DNA of 64,000 nucleotides from assembly GCA_028710275.1 (NCBI GenBank), contig JAQTUL010000001.1, forward strand, positions 921 through 64,920, given 5' to 3'. Shown here piece by piece: positions 47,920 to 57,536 of the stretch. This DNA is from Candidatus Colwellbacteria bacterium. GTDB lineage: Bacteria; Patescibacteriota; Minisyncoccia; UBA6257; Colwellbacteraceae. The notes beneath the pieces are model-generated. The model was given only the letters and a program-made list of their open reading frames with translations. It had not been told where the DNA came from and did no database searches. The position numbers and the translations under genes are program-made. Positions within the stretch are counted from its first letter, which is position 1; each line of letters starts with the position of its first letter.

Positions 47920-48648
47920 TCAAATAGTATATGTTTCTTTAACAGTCCTTGGTGCATACTTAGTAACTGTTGATATATTAGATTCAGTATCGTGTTTAGA
48001 ATCGCAATGTTCGCTGAGAACAACTTCAATAAAAGAACAGAGTATGTTTGGAATTGTAACTGAACGATCCGACGACCATCGTCCGCATTCTAGACAGAGA
48101 TCATTGTGACAAAGATCTTTGTCAAGAGATTCAGCACGAGTCTTGAACTTACCAACATATTCTATAGTTCGTTCAGGATGATCATCATCAATTATGATAT
48201 ATCCTGTTTTACTGATACGAAGGTTTTTATTACGATTACAAACAGATGTTTTGGGTCCAACCTCTTTCGTTGAGACTACTCCTCTTTCAACAATCTCCTC
48301 CGGATCCAATCCGAATTCGATACATTGAGCCAATCTCTTTTTCGAACCTCTAGCCATAGCTTCACCTAAGCTTTCACACGATTCACATCTGGGATCAGTT
48401 GAACTGATCCATTTGGAACATCCATCAGAACAGAAAGAGACATAACATCGTTTACACTTCTCTACCCTCTCGGATAGAGGACCATCGCAATGATAACATA
48501 TACGATGTGATACGACAGGAATCTCAACTTTCTTCTTTGAATATCTTCTCCACAAGTGTGTAGACAAAAATCCTACTCCAAACGTTGAGACACATGTTGC
48601 GGCTAGTAGGATCTTCATTTGAGACTGATTGTGTAGTGTGGTTATCAA
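47920..48648 (-). CDS. Hypothetical Cys-rich protein with N-terminal TM anchor (242 aa)
   Basis: N-terminal hydrophobic KILLAATCVSTFGVGFL. Several CxxC. Confidence 0.4.
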   Translation of the reverse strand: MITTLHNQSQMKILLAATCVSTFGVGFLSTHLWRRYSKKKVEIPVVSHRICYHCDGPLSERVEKCKRCYVSFCSDGCSKWISSTDPRCESCESLGEAMARGSKKRLAQCIEFGLDPEEIVERGVVSTKEVGPKTSVCNRNKNLRISKTGYIIIDDDHPERTIEYVGKFKTRAESLDKDLCHNDLCLECGRWSSDRSVTIPNILCSFIEVVLSEHCDSKHDTESNISTVTKYAPRTVKETYTI

Positions 48649-48696
48649 ACAGTTTTAGTATTTGATAATCATTTTTGTATTCTCCTCCATTGTTAT

Positions 48697-51576
48697 TTAT
48701 TCTAGATAGTGAATGGTCAGAGGTCCTTCTCTTCCAATACGATTCGCTCGGCCAGTAAGCTGAATCTCCATCAACGGATCCATCTGATGGTAGTAGATGA
48801 TGTGACCAGTCATCTGAAGATTGATTCCTGCACCATTGAACTTCGCGTTCAGGAAGATGGTATCAACATCTCCTGTCTGATACATTGCCAACTTCTTCTC
48901 TCTTGCCTCTCGAGTACCTTTGATCTCCACATACTCTGTGTTGTTATCTTTGAACGAATCTTTGATGAGATCGAATGACTCGTCGTGTGCCGAGAAGACG
49001 ATGAACTTTTCACCGGGATGGTCCTCGATGATCTTGATGATAGTCTCCGGTTTGCTCAACACAATTTTGTTTTTCTTTTTCTTTACCTCTACGAAACTAT
49101 CGTCACCCTCTTCATCCGAATCATCGAATACTATCGGAGCGGGTGATTTTTTGTCCGTCACCGAGATCAGAGCACCAACCTTTACCTCTGATCGACACAT
49201 ATGACATGTAGGATTGATCTTCAACCAGTCAGTCACACACTTGAGACATACAATATTCTGACAACAGGGAAGTAGAACAGGGTTATTAAGAGTACACGAA
49301 CAGATGCTACAGTCGTCTTCAAGAATCTTGGCGAATCTCATCTTAATTAGTGCGAGCTTCTCTTTGATCTCGATTACTCTATCAACCCACATCTTGTGTC
49401 GTTCCTTATGAGCAGCATCCTTGTTCCTCAATGGGTAGTGCTCTTCAACCTTCATCTCTGCTCGCTCTAGTTCCTCCTTCTTATTGGCTGTCACAACCTC
49501 GATCAGATTTCTCGGACCATCCTCTCCTCCAAGATGTTTGATCGCTCCATCAATATGTCCCGCTGCGATCATTGCGACGACCTCCTCTCCGACCATGTCA
49601 CCAACCACTTCGAGAACTCCTGGTTGAATACATTTGTGAGTGATAACCTTTGTTTGTGGCATTGAGAACGATGCTTTGACGAAATCATCTTCATTCTTCA
49701 CGAGCATATATCCAAATGTGATTGGAGAGATAGTACTGAAGATCGTCTTGATGAAGTGTTGTTTTCTTCCTCTTATAGAACTCAAGTTAGGAAATGTGGC
49801 TGTAACAAACCAGTAGAATCCAGCGTACACACTATTCATCGATGGAATGTGTGTGGAAGCAGCCTCGTCAAACACAAATCTCTTCCATGAGAACTGTACA
49901 AACTGCTCCACGAATTTGTTGTACATCTTGTCCGAACAGAGAATGATGTGGTAGTCGTTAGGATCGATCTCCATGTGAGCCTTCTTGGTCACTGTGTGAC
50001 AAGAGATTTTCTTCGCTCGTCCAATCTCTTTTTCCCATTGACCGATGATCGAATTGGATGCAACGATCAGAGTACAGTCCAATCTCTCCTTCTTCACCCG
50101 TCGTCGAGTAATATAAGTTGAAGATGGACCGAATGCTTCGATCTCTTCATACTCGAATGGTGTATCCATATCCCATTCCATTTTATCACGATCTATTACA
50201 GCCACCATACTCATTGTGTTGTGTGTCACTGTGAAATCACCCAGAAGAAATCTTCTGTTACCAGTAATAGAAAATCCATAGTAATCATCAACTTCCAATT
50301 TCTCGACAATGATACTTCCGCAGAGCTGATCCTTGTTCGGATTTGAAACCGCTTTCTTTCGTTCGAGAAGAACTGGTATCTCTTCAATACCTTTTCCGGA
50401 GAAACTCATAAGATTATACTCACCAGTTCTTTTTTCTCCCTTATACATACACCATTTATCCACCTTCTTGATTGTACATCTGAATCCCAGAGATCGACAA
50501 AGATATACAATATCATTTGCGAGAACTGTATTTTTCTGTGCGATTTCGTAACATCCACGGGAATAGTATCCATCCGAATCGATAAGACCGGCGAGAAGAC
50601 GAAGACGATTTTCTCTTGAGTTGATCTTATAATCTTCGGGAATGTGTTTGTTGTCCATCAGCTTACGATCAGTCAGAAAGTTTCTCACACGATTAGATCG
50701 TTTCAATCCTTTGTTCTCTTTCGGAATGAGTCTGTAATGTATATCGTAAACTCTCAAATCAAAATCGGGAAATGCATTGAATAAATATTCTACAATTTCT
50801 TTATCATCCGTAGTTATAGATTGGTCTTGTGAATCTCCATCACCCAACCACATTCCCAAAAAGTAAGGATCGATTTCAACTTTCTTTTCAGGGAACTCGA
50901 CTCCGACTCTATATCCTTTCAGATGTTGCTGAATGGTTTTCGGAAGTGTGAGATACTTTTTTACTTCCACATCGACATATGGGTTGATGTATCCTAATGA
51001 TTCAAGAAACTTATCAGCCTCATTTTGGGCATCTTCGATTGAATAGTTACAATACGAGAATGTTTTCGATTTGAACTTCAGTTCTTCTGGTACGAAATAA
51101 TGAGCTTGCACTCGTCTCGATCCAGCCATTGTTACTTTCACTCCGGACATTTTCAATGAGAGAATATGAGATTCATTCACTGTATAATCCTCACCACCGT
51201 TGGTCTGCTTGATCTTATACATTGTTTCTTGTCCTCTCGCGAGTGAAAGAACTTCTCTTGAAGTAGAATCGTCACCCATCAACAAGTCTCCAACAACTAC
51301 ATCCTGAACCATTTTTATTTTACCGTCAAACATGAGTATGGGAGTGTCAAATTTATGGCACTTACCGTATCCTGGAATGTCCCCGAACACTCCCATGGTC
51401 ATTTCTATGTATCGTCCTCCGAGATCTCTCTTCTTCTCTCGCTCAATCTTCTCGAGATCAAGAACCGACACAACCTGATGAGGGAAGAGTTTGATTGTCA
51501 AAGATGATGCGATATCTCCTCGCTCCTCTTTGCGGCCGTCATCGATCGGTTCTCCTTTGCGTTCTTCGAGATCCAT
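48697..51576 (-). CDS. SNF2-family helicase with embedded RING finger (Rad5/Rad16/HLTF-like), interrupted by an intein in the Walker A motif
   Basis: Exteins: LFPHQ...GDIPGYGK|[intein]|TMSMV. FDEAAS (DExx). RING CSICSCTLNNPVLLPCCQNIVCLKCVTDWLKINPTCHMCR. Helicase-C motif QLTGRANRIGREGP. Confidence 0.7.
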   Translation of the reverse strand: MDLEERKGEPIDDGRKEERGDIASSLTIKLFPHQVVSVLDLEKIEREKKRDLGGRYIEMTMGVFGDIPGYGKCHKFDTPILMFDGKIKMVQDVVVGDLLMGDDSTSREVLSLARGQETMYKIKQTNGGEDYTVNESHILSLKMSGVKVTMAGSRRVQAHYFVPEELKFKSKTFSYCNYSIEDAQNEADKFLESLGYINPYVDVEVKKYLTLPKTIQQHLKGYRVGVEFPEKKVEIDPYFLGMWLGDGDSQDQSITTDDKEIVEYLFNAFPDFDLRVYDIHYRLIPKENKGLKRSNRVRNFLTDRKLMDNKHIPEDYKINSRENRLRLLAGLIDSDGYYSRGCYEIAQKNTVLANDIVYLCRSLGFRCTIKKVDKWCMYKGEKRTGEYNLMSFSGKGIEEIPVLLERKKAVSNPNKDQLCGSIIVEKLEVDDYYGFSITGNRRFLLGDFTVTHNTMSMVAVIDRDKMEWDMDTPFEYEEIEAFGPSSTYITRRRVKKERLDCTLIVASNSIIGQWEKEIGRAKKISCHTVTKKAHMEIDPNDYHIILCSDKMYNKFVEQFVQFSWKRFVFDEAASTHIPSMNSVYAGFYWFVTATFPNLSSIRGRKQHFIKTIFSTISPITFGYMLVKNEDDFVKASFSMPQTKVITHKCIQPGVLEVVGDMVGEEVVAMIAAGHIDGAIKHLGGEDGPRNLIEVVTANKKEELERAEMKVEEHYPLRNKDAAHKERHKMWVDRVIEIKEKLALIKMRFAKILEDDCSICSCTLNNPVLLPCCQNIVCLKCVTDWLKINPTCHMCRSEVKVGALISVTDKKSPAPIVFDDSDEEGDDSFVEVKKKKNKIVLSKPETIIKIIEDHPGEKFIVFSAHDESFDLIKDSFKDNNTEYVEIKGTREAREKKLAMYQTGDVDTIFLNAKFNGAGINLQMTGHIIYYHQMDPLMEIQLTGRANRIGREGPLTIHYLE
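50218..51360 (-). mobile_element. Intein (381 aa) with two LAGLIDADG homing-endonuclease motifs, inserted in-frame between GYGK and T of the P-loop
   Basis: Starts CHKFDTPILMFDG (Hint block A, Cys1; codon tgc at 51358-51360). LAGLIDADG motifs FLGMWLGDGDS and RLLAGLIDSDGYY. Ends FTVTHN|T (His-Asn then Thr; codons verified at 50215-50223). Confidence 0.75.
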
Positions 51577-51669
51577 GGTGAGGCCGTGTTAGAATAGAGA
51601 AACTTGTCTTTATTTATGGAGAGCGTTGCGATGTAACTTTTGGTTGTGTACACTCTCCGTAAACTATCT

Positions 51670-51685
51670 GAAAACTCACTTTTTC
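51670..51685 (-). promoter_or_regulatory. Upstream motif variant (gaaaactcactttttc) ~95 nt before ATG 51576 Confidence 0.4.
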
Positions 51686-51715
51686 GGGAGATATGTCTCC
51701 GACTTAAATTAGCAA

Positions 51716-52753
51716 TTATTCTCTCATCAGATGTTCAAGATAGTACTCGTCTTCGTTTCTGCTTTCAAAGTAAAGTTGTATATCATCCAACAATTCCGAT
51801 GGACATTTATCTGTTGGTATTAAGAGTCCATTATCATCTGTTGTTGTGTGAATGAACGGATCGTACTGATGTTTGACGAGAATTTTCCATCTCTCTGAAT
51901 ACTGACGATTCTTCTTGCTTCCATGAAAGTAATGACTAATAACTCCTGGTGTATATCCTAGACGTAGACCTCTACATCTGAGATCAAAATCGATAATACT
52001 CTTTTTATATCCTTCCGATACCTCTTCGTTTACACTCTTGATACCGTTTTGAATTAAACTGAGAAATAGATTGTGATCACCAGACCCGAGAATAGATACT
52101 TCATATAGACCATTCATCTGCTCGTATGCTTCTCTAGTCATTGCGATATTGAATCCGGGATGCCAGTAGTTTATTCCTCCTCCGAATGAGTATTTTTTAC
52201 CAGTTGTGTATTGATAACCGAAACTAGAGAATATAGACATCGGATTGAGATCAAGATTGAGATCTCGACAGTGAGAAAACATCTGTACAATATCTCTAGT
52301 ACCGTTAAGAATCTTAAGAGTATCCAATGCGAAATGTGGATTGTCAAACTCAATATCAGCGTCACAAAAAGCCACGGCTTTCCATCCTGAAGGGAGAAGT
52401 TTTGTCCCGAGATTAAGCATATTCTCTTTCATCCACAGAGCGGGAGAATCAGTAGTTAGTTGAAGATGTTTTCTATTTCCTTTTTCGGTTACTTGAAAAT
52501 GTTGTGACGATTTTCCCGCGATACTGTAAACAAGTTCTACGATATAAAGATCTATCTCTTCTTTATAATCTCTCTCGATTCTTGCGATAAATTCTTTAGC
52601 CAAGATATACCGTCTTGCATATTGACATACATTAGAAATACAGATCACCATATTAAGCTTCTCCTCGATGGGAGAGTTATTTTTTATAGCTTGATGTATA
52701 TCATTTTCGATATACTCAATATCGTCGATCTCAATACCGTTGATAATCGTCAT
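51716..52753 (-). CDS. Putative glycosyltransferase (DxD-type nucleotide-sugar transferase), tentative
   Basis: AFCDADIEFDNPHF contains a DxD motif in a hydrophobic context. Sits beside the chitin-synthase/surface-protein genes. Confidence 0.35.
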   Translation of the reverse strand: MTIINGIEIDDIEYIENDIHQAIKNNSPIEEKLNMVICISNVCQYARRYILAKEFIARIERDYKEEIDLYIVELVYSIAGKSSQHFQVTEKGNRKHLQLTTDSPALWMKENMLNLGTKLLPSGWKAVAFCDADIEFDNPHFALDTLKILNGTRDIVQMFSHCRDLNLDLNPMSIFSSFGYQYTTGKKYSFGGGINYWHPGFNIAMTREAYEQMNGLYEVSILGSGDHNLFLSLIQNGIKSVNEEVSEGYKKSIIDFDLRCRGLRLGYTPGVISHYFHGSKKNRQYSERWKILVKHQYDPFIHTTTDDNGLLIPTDKCPSELLDDIQLYFESRNEDEYYLEHLMRE

Positions 52754-52865
52754 TTACTTCTAAATTTAAACATTTAATTGGTAATAACATAACCGGAAGG
52801 TTATGTTATTCTTGTTGCGGTTATGTTATTCTTGTTGGTGATATCGGTTATGTGTATGGATGGGA

Positions 52866-53756
52866 TTAGCACTCTTTGGATTTCATGAAATCCAGACGAT
52901 CTTCATCATCATCGTCAGTTGGAGATAGGGTATCATCATCGGACCCACAATCATTGGATCCGTATCCAGTACATCCATCAAACATGTTGAATTTACAGTC
53001 CGAGTCCCCGGAATATCCACTCGACTTAGTGGAGAGATCTCCAACCATCAATTTGATGGCTGCGTATGACTCAGCTCGTGTTGTCGTACGATCAAACATA
53101 CTCACCGACTTTTTAGGCGGAGTCTTTCTTTCTTCGATCTCTTTCTCCAAGTATTCCAAGTATTCCAAGTATTCAGTCGCTCCAAAATATTGAGCGATAA
53201 AGACGAACTGTTTACTGAAACTATTTCTTCGTTTCCACAACGTCAAATACTCATCTATGAGTTCCTTTCTCCTCTCCGGTGAGAGATGCTCCCTGATCCA
53301 CTTGTTTGCGAACTGAAACATAGTGGTCGCTGATGCGTTGTGATCACGAATAACCATCCACCGCTCCAGAGTGAAAGGTGTCGATACCGGAATCATATCC
53401 CACATTCCGTTCTCGAAAACGAAGTCGATGTAGTAGTCCTTGGTCTTGTCGAATGCAGTCGGAATCTCAGTGGTGATTCGTAGGAAGGTATTCGGAGTGA
53501 TGAGTTTCATCAAAAACATTTTCTCTGGGTTAGAGAAGATATCGTGATACTCTGTTGGAGTATTCTTCAAGTGGTTGAAAATCTGATCCCCGATCGGAGG
53601 GACAAATTTACAACGTGTTTTCCGCAGACAACCGGACGAATGGCAGTGAGAAGAGGCATGTTTGAGGAAGTGAGTGGATTGAGGAAGTGAGTGGATTGAG
53701 GAAGTGAGTGGATTGAGGAAGTGAGTGGATTGAGGAAGTGAGTGATATTGGATCAT
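52866..53756 (-). CDS. Hypothetical protein with N-terminal 17-bp-repeat-encoded SLPQSTHFLNPLTSSIH repeats and an EYLEYLEYLE motif
   Basis: ORF. Motif 10-25 nt upstream. Confidence 0.4.
   Translation of the reverse strand: MIQYHSLPQSTHFLNPLTSSIHSLPQSTHFLKHASSHCHSSGCLRKTRCKFVPPIGDQIFNHLKNTPTEYHDIFSNPEKMFLMKLITPNTFLRITTEIPTAFDKTKDYYIDFVFENGMWDMIPVSTPFTLERWMVIRDHNASATTMFQFANKWIREHLSPERRKELIDEYLTLWKRRNSFSKQFVFIAQYFGATEYLEYLEYLEKEIEERKTPPKKSVSMFDRTTTRAESYAAIKLMVGDLSTKSSGYSGDSDCKFNMFDGCTGYGSNDCGSDDDTLSPTDDDDEDRLDFMKSKEC
53664..53748 (-). repeat. 17-bp tandem repeat (gaggaagtgagtggatt x ~5) inside the 5' coding region; frame rotates every copy
   Basis: Visible direct repeats. Period is not a multiple of 3. 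Confidence 0.75.
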
Positions 53757-53765
53757 ATATTACCA

Positions 53766-53781
53766 GAAAAATCACTTTTTC
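53766..53781 (-). promoter_or_regulatory. Upstream motif instance embedded in a near-perfect 30-nt palindrome attaccagaaaaatcactttttctggtaat
   Basis: Palindrome centred on TCAC. Confidence 0.45.
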
Positions 53782-53811
53782 TGGTAATATTGACGTATGG
53801 CGTCGGTTATT

Positions 53812-54018
53812 TCATACCATCTTGATCAGATTTCTATGTGTCTTATCTGTACAGACAGATTCACCTATGATCTTCCGTGTGTTTTTAGGCTTTAGAAGTC
53901 CACACACCCAACACCATTTTCGTTTACACATCTCACATGTTATCAGATTACACCCCTTTATCTTCTCAGTATAGACTTCACATCCCGGACATTGTTTAAA
54001 CAGGATCTGATTGAACAC
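53812..54018 (-). CDS. Small IBR/RING2-type (in-between-RING-like) zinc-finger protein (68 aa)
   Basis: CPGCEVYTEKIKGCNLITCEMCKRKWCWVCG fits C-P-x-C-x-x-x-I-E-K-x-x-G-C-N-x-x-T-C-x-x-C-x-x-x-W-C-W-x-C. Motif about 40 nt upstream (54055-54071). Confidence 0.45.
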   Translation of the reverse strand: MFNQILFKQCPGCEVYTEKIKGCNLITCEMCKRKWCWVCGLLKPKNTRKIIGESVCTDKTHRNLIKMV

Positions 54019-54054
54019 TCATTTTGAACAAGTATTTATACTTATCATGACCAG

Positions 54055-54071
54055 TATAATATCACTTTTTG
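54055..54071 (-). promoter_or_regulatory. Upstream motif variant (ataatatcactttttg) Confidence 0.35.
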
Positions 54072-54075
54072 GAGT

Positions 54076-57000
54076 TTATTTCTCGTACTCCATAAGTTTT
54101 TTCTCCTTAAACCAATCTTCCATAGCATCACACATATCCTTTTTTCCTGCCTTTACCTGCCAGTAATACACATTTTTCAATCTGTCATCAGTCATCTCCT
54201 TCAACGTTTTCTTTTTGAATTCGCTACCTCTCTTAATAATCTCATCAATAAACTTATTCCTATCTTTCATCACTACTTCAATTGGTGGTTTTATATTTAG
54301 ACTTTTCTTATTCAGATCATTGATAATATCGATTATACGTTCTTTGGGAACCATTTCACGACAGATTGGTCCTCTCCATCTCTTACGTTTGTCGGTCTTG
54401 TCTTTTTCTACTTTCATGATCTGGAATTTAAACTTCTTCTTTGGATCTTTGATAATTCGTCCGTAGTATCCGTAAGGATTTAGTTCAAGAGTTCCCTTCT
54501 CCTCTATTTTAACATCTTCAATCTCTTCACTTACTTTATCATCACATTCAACCCAATCGTCCATACTCTTACCTTTAGTTGGAAGACAACGAAGTCTACC
54601 TTCAGTATCGTGTAGAAGAGTAGAGACAGTTTTATTACTGACATCAATAATATAGTTTTTATAATGATCGACAATGATTGTTCGAATCTCCTCTCCAGTT
54701 TTCTTCTCCAATTTATTACCTACAACAGACATTTCAATAAAAAGTTCTTGAAGACTTGGAACTAAAGAGACAATCTGATCGATGATAACTTTTTTATCAT
54801 CGGCTTCCGTATAATTTTCAATAAGGTACACCTTATCCTCCACGATATACCGATACTGTGCGAGTTTAATCATATCCTCGAAGTTGTAGTATGTTTTAAC
54901 ATTGGGATGTTCTGCGTACCGGGCTAGAAGAAAAGAGTCGGGTAGAGTAATATCGTCGACCAGAAAGTAGAGATTGTGATCCTCTCTCATATATGAAGGC
55001 ATACCGTATTTGTTGATAATGAGAATAGACTTATCTATAATTTTCTTTAATGCTCTCACAATAACCATTGTCGATGTCTCTGAAAATTCAAGTAGCATCT
55101 CACCGAGATCATAAGCAAACTTTTTACGGAACATCTGTTTAATAATATTAGTTATACTCTCTATCTCACTCTCAGCATAAAAGAGATTGTACGTATCATC
55201 AATCAGATCGGGATTTGCAATAGTCTTCTTTGAGATATGTGAACAAGTGTACTTACACTTCATATAATCACACTCTTTACTTCCATCTTTATCGGTTGGA
55301 AGGTTGTTTCGTTCCCAGTTCAACGCGCAATTGACAGCCTCCTCTTTACAGACACGTTCTATCTGTTTCATTTTAAAGTCCTTGTCCTCTGATGTTTTGT
55401 ACATAATATAGTTGATAGATTCAACTCCACGATTGGGAATAGATGCGTGTCGAAAAATCTTAACACTTCTCTCATCGGGTTTAAGATCTTCGTGAGAGAA
55501 GGCTCGAATACCGCGACCGATAGCTTGTTCTGTTTCAGGATTATTCCAGTGAGGAGTCTGGATATGGATTTGTCTTACATTTCTTAAACTTTTACCCTCA
55601 CCAATAACCTGACTTCCGATAATAACCTGAATATATTGTCCATATCGATTTCTCGGATCGTTAAAAACCTTATCAACCACACGATCGATTTCAGCTGCAG
55701 AAACAGTTTCTCCTGTGATAAGAGAGAACCGAGGTTTCTTTCGGGAATCTAATTTTTTCTTGGTCTTTTTTGGAATTTCTACATCTTCAGACTTCTTATA
55801 CTTTTTCATAGTCTTCTTATCGATCTTTGGCGGTTTGGGTTCATCATCGTCAATATCCTCGTCGGTCTCCTCTTCGATATCACTCATATCACTGTCACTC
55901 TTTTCGTCATCAGAGACATCGTACTCATCATCTCGATCCATATCAATATGTCCTCTTGTTCTTTCAAAACCAACAAGTTTAAGAAGTTCAGCAAAGAGTA
56001 TACCACCGGAACCTTGAACATATTTATTATACACGAAGATGTTCTCATTTGGGTGGTCAAGAATCTCCTTTATCGTAGACGCGTAGATAGACGAATATTT
56101 AGAGATATTCTTAATTATCTGATAGGGTGTTGCTTTTCCGTTTGAAGTTAGTTCGTTACGAAGATCTTTGGACATAATATATTCACTTCCAACTTCGTTA
56201 AAATATTCTCCAAACCCTGTAGACTCCTTCTTTCCTCCGTCCTTTGTCTTTCCTGAAGAGCTACCCCCCGAACTCCCATCAGGAAAAACAAAGAGCGATG
56301 CCTGTCGAGATTTCGAATAGAGACCCTGACTTTTCGTCTCATCTTCTACCTCCTCAATATCATCAACATCACCTTCTTTATCACCTGTATCTTTATTGTA
56401 TGCGGTAACATAAGCCTTGGTTTGAAAATCACTCATCTCTGAAGGATAAATTTTAATCTTCTCCATTTTACCATAAAGCTCACCCTTGAATACTTTTGTC
56501 ACACCACCCTCCATCGATCGAATATACCCGACACGTCCTCGAATAGCCTCTTTAAGCTCGTGAACATTTTCAAGTGTGTTATTCTCTTTATCATCGGAAA
56601 AGAACTTCTTCATAAACTCCTTTCCAGTTGGAAGCTGTTTGTCCTCGGGGAGAATAAGATTCATTACGCTACCAAACTCCTCTGGTCTATCTCTCATAGG
56701 AGTCGCAGAAAGAAGTACAATCTTTCTGTTATCGATGTTGTGAAGGAATCGATGGATACTATCGTAAATATTCACTGACGTCTTACCCTTCTTTTTCTTA
56801 GGTTGAATTCGAATGTTATGTACTTCATCGATAATGATCACGCGATTCGAATAGACTTTATTGATATACTTCTCTGAGTATTTCGAAACCCTTTCAGCAA
56901 AGGTTTCGAATGTCTGAATATCATACTCTTTATTGATAAGACGGTTCATACGCAGAATCTTCTCTCCCTTTGTAAGATTATCATAGTTATCGGGGATAAA

Positions 57001-57414
57001 CTTACCCGATGTACATTTAAAGGCTAGCTCCTGTACGAAATTTCTTTTCAGCGGAGGTCCTTTCATAAGACACAATGTTGGTTTCAAAGACGGATTGATT
57101 TTACGAGACTCTTCGGCTATGGTAATTGCTGTACAAGTTTTCCCACTACCGAGTCCGTCAAATAAGAGTATTTCATCATTTAACGTGTTAGGTGAGAGAA
57201 ATCGTGCGCTGGTAAGTTGATTCTTCAGAGGCATACCTGGCTTGTCCGGTTTTTTTTCCGAAGGTCCTAATTTGTTCGTGTAGAACTCCTTCTTTCGGTA
57301 AAATGAACTTTCTGGTTCATCGTCGTATATGTTAAACAGGTCCTCCTCATATTTTTTGCCAAAGTGTGTATATCCCGGGAGAAAATCTTCCAGCTTGAGT
57401 TGTAGATCACCCAT
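54076..57414 (-). CDS. D6/D11-type DExH helicase (poxvirus early transcription factor small-subunit-like, NCLDV core gene)
   Basis: Walker A LFDGLGSGKTCTAI. Motif II VIIIDEVHNIR. Motif III LLSATPM. Helicase C QIHIQTPHWNNPETEQAIGRGIR. Acidic insert. Confidence 0.8.
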   Translation of the reverse strand: MGDLQLKLEDFLPGYTHFGKKYEEDLFNIYDDEPESSFYRKKEFYTNKLGPSEKKPDKPGMPLKNQLTSARFLSPNTLNDEILLFDGLGSGKTCTAITIAEESRKINPSLKPTLCLMKGPPLKRNFVQELAFKCTSGKFIPDNYDNLTKGEKILRMNRLINKEYDIQTFETFAERVSKYSEKYINKVYSNRVIIIDEVHNIRIQPKKKKGKTSVNIYDSIHRFLHNIDNRKIVLLSATPMRDRPEEFGSVMNLILPEDKQLPTGKEFMKKFFSDDKENNTLENVHELKEAIRGRVGYIRSMEGGVTKVFKGELYGKMEKIKIYPSEMSDFQTKAYVTAYNKDTGDKEGDVDDIEEVEDETKSQGLYSKSRQASLFVFPDGSSGGSSSGKTKDGGKKESTGFGEYFNEVGSEYIMSKDLRNELTSNGKATPYQIIKNISKYSSIYASTIKEILDHPNENIFVYNKYVQGSGGILFAELLKLVGFERTRGHIDMDRDDEYDVSDDEKSDSDMSDIEEETDEDIDDDEPKPPKIDKKTMKKYKKSEDVEIPKKTKKKLDSRKKPRFSLITGETVSAAEIDRVVDKVFNDPRNRYGQYIQVIIGSQVIGEGKSLRNVRQIHIQTPHWNNPETEQAIGRGIRAFSHEDLKPDERSVKIFRHASIPNRGVESINYIMYKTSEDKDFKMKQIERVCKEEAVNCALNWERNNLPTDKDGSKECDYMKCKYTCSHISKKTIANPDLIDDTYNLFYAESEIESITNIIKQMFRKKFAYDLGEMLLEFSETSTMVIVRALKKIIDKSILIINKYGMPSYMREDHNLYFLVDDITLPDSFLLARYAEHPNVKTYYNFEDMIKLAQYRYIVEDKVYLIENYTEADDKKVIIDQIVSLVPSLQELFIEMSVVGNKLEKKTGEEIRTIIVDHYKNYIIDVSNKTVSTLLHDTEGRLRCLPTKGKSMDDWVECDDKVSEEIEDVKIEEKGTLELNPYGYYGRIIKDPKKKFKFQIMKVEKDKTDKRKRWRGPICREMVPKERIIDIINDLNKKSLNIKPPIEVVMKDRNKFIDEIIKRGSEFKKKTLKEMTDDRLKNVYYWQVKAGKKDMCDAMEDWFKEKKLMEYEK

Positions 57415-57536
57415 TATTGATATATAGAAAGATTATTTTAAATTTGGATGTTTGAATTCGTTTATTCAAAACGAGTAATGTAAATCGGAACTACTTTACA
57501 AACCTACCGAAACAAATCCATTCATGTTCTTATACT

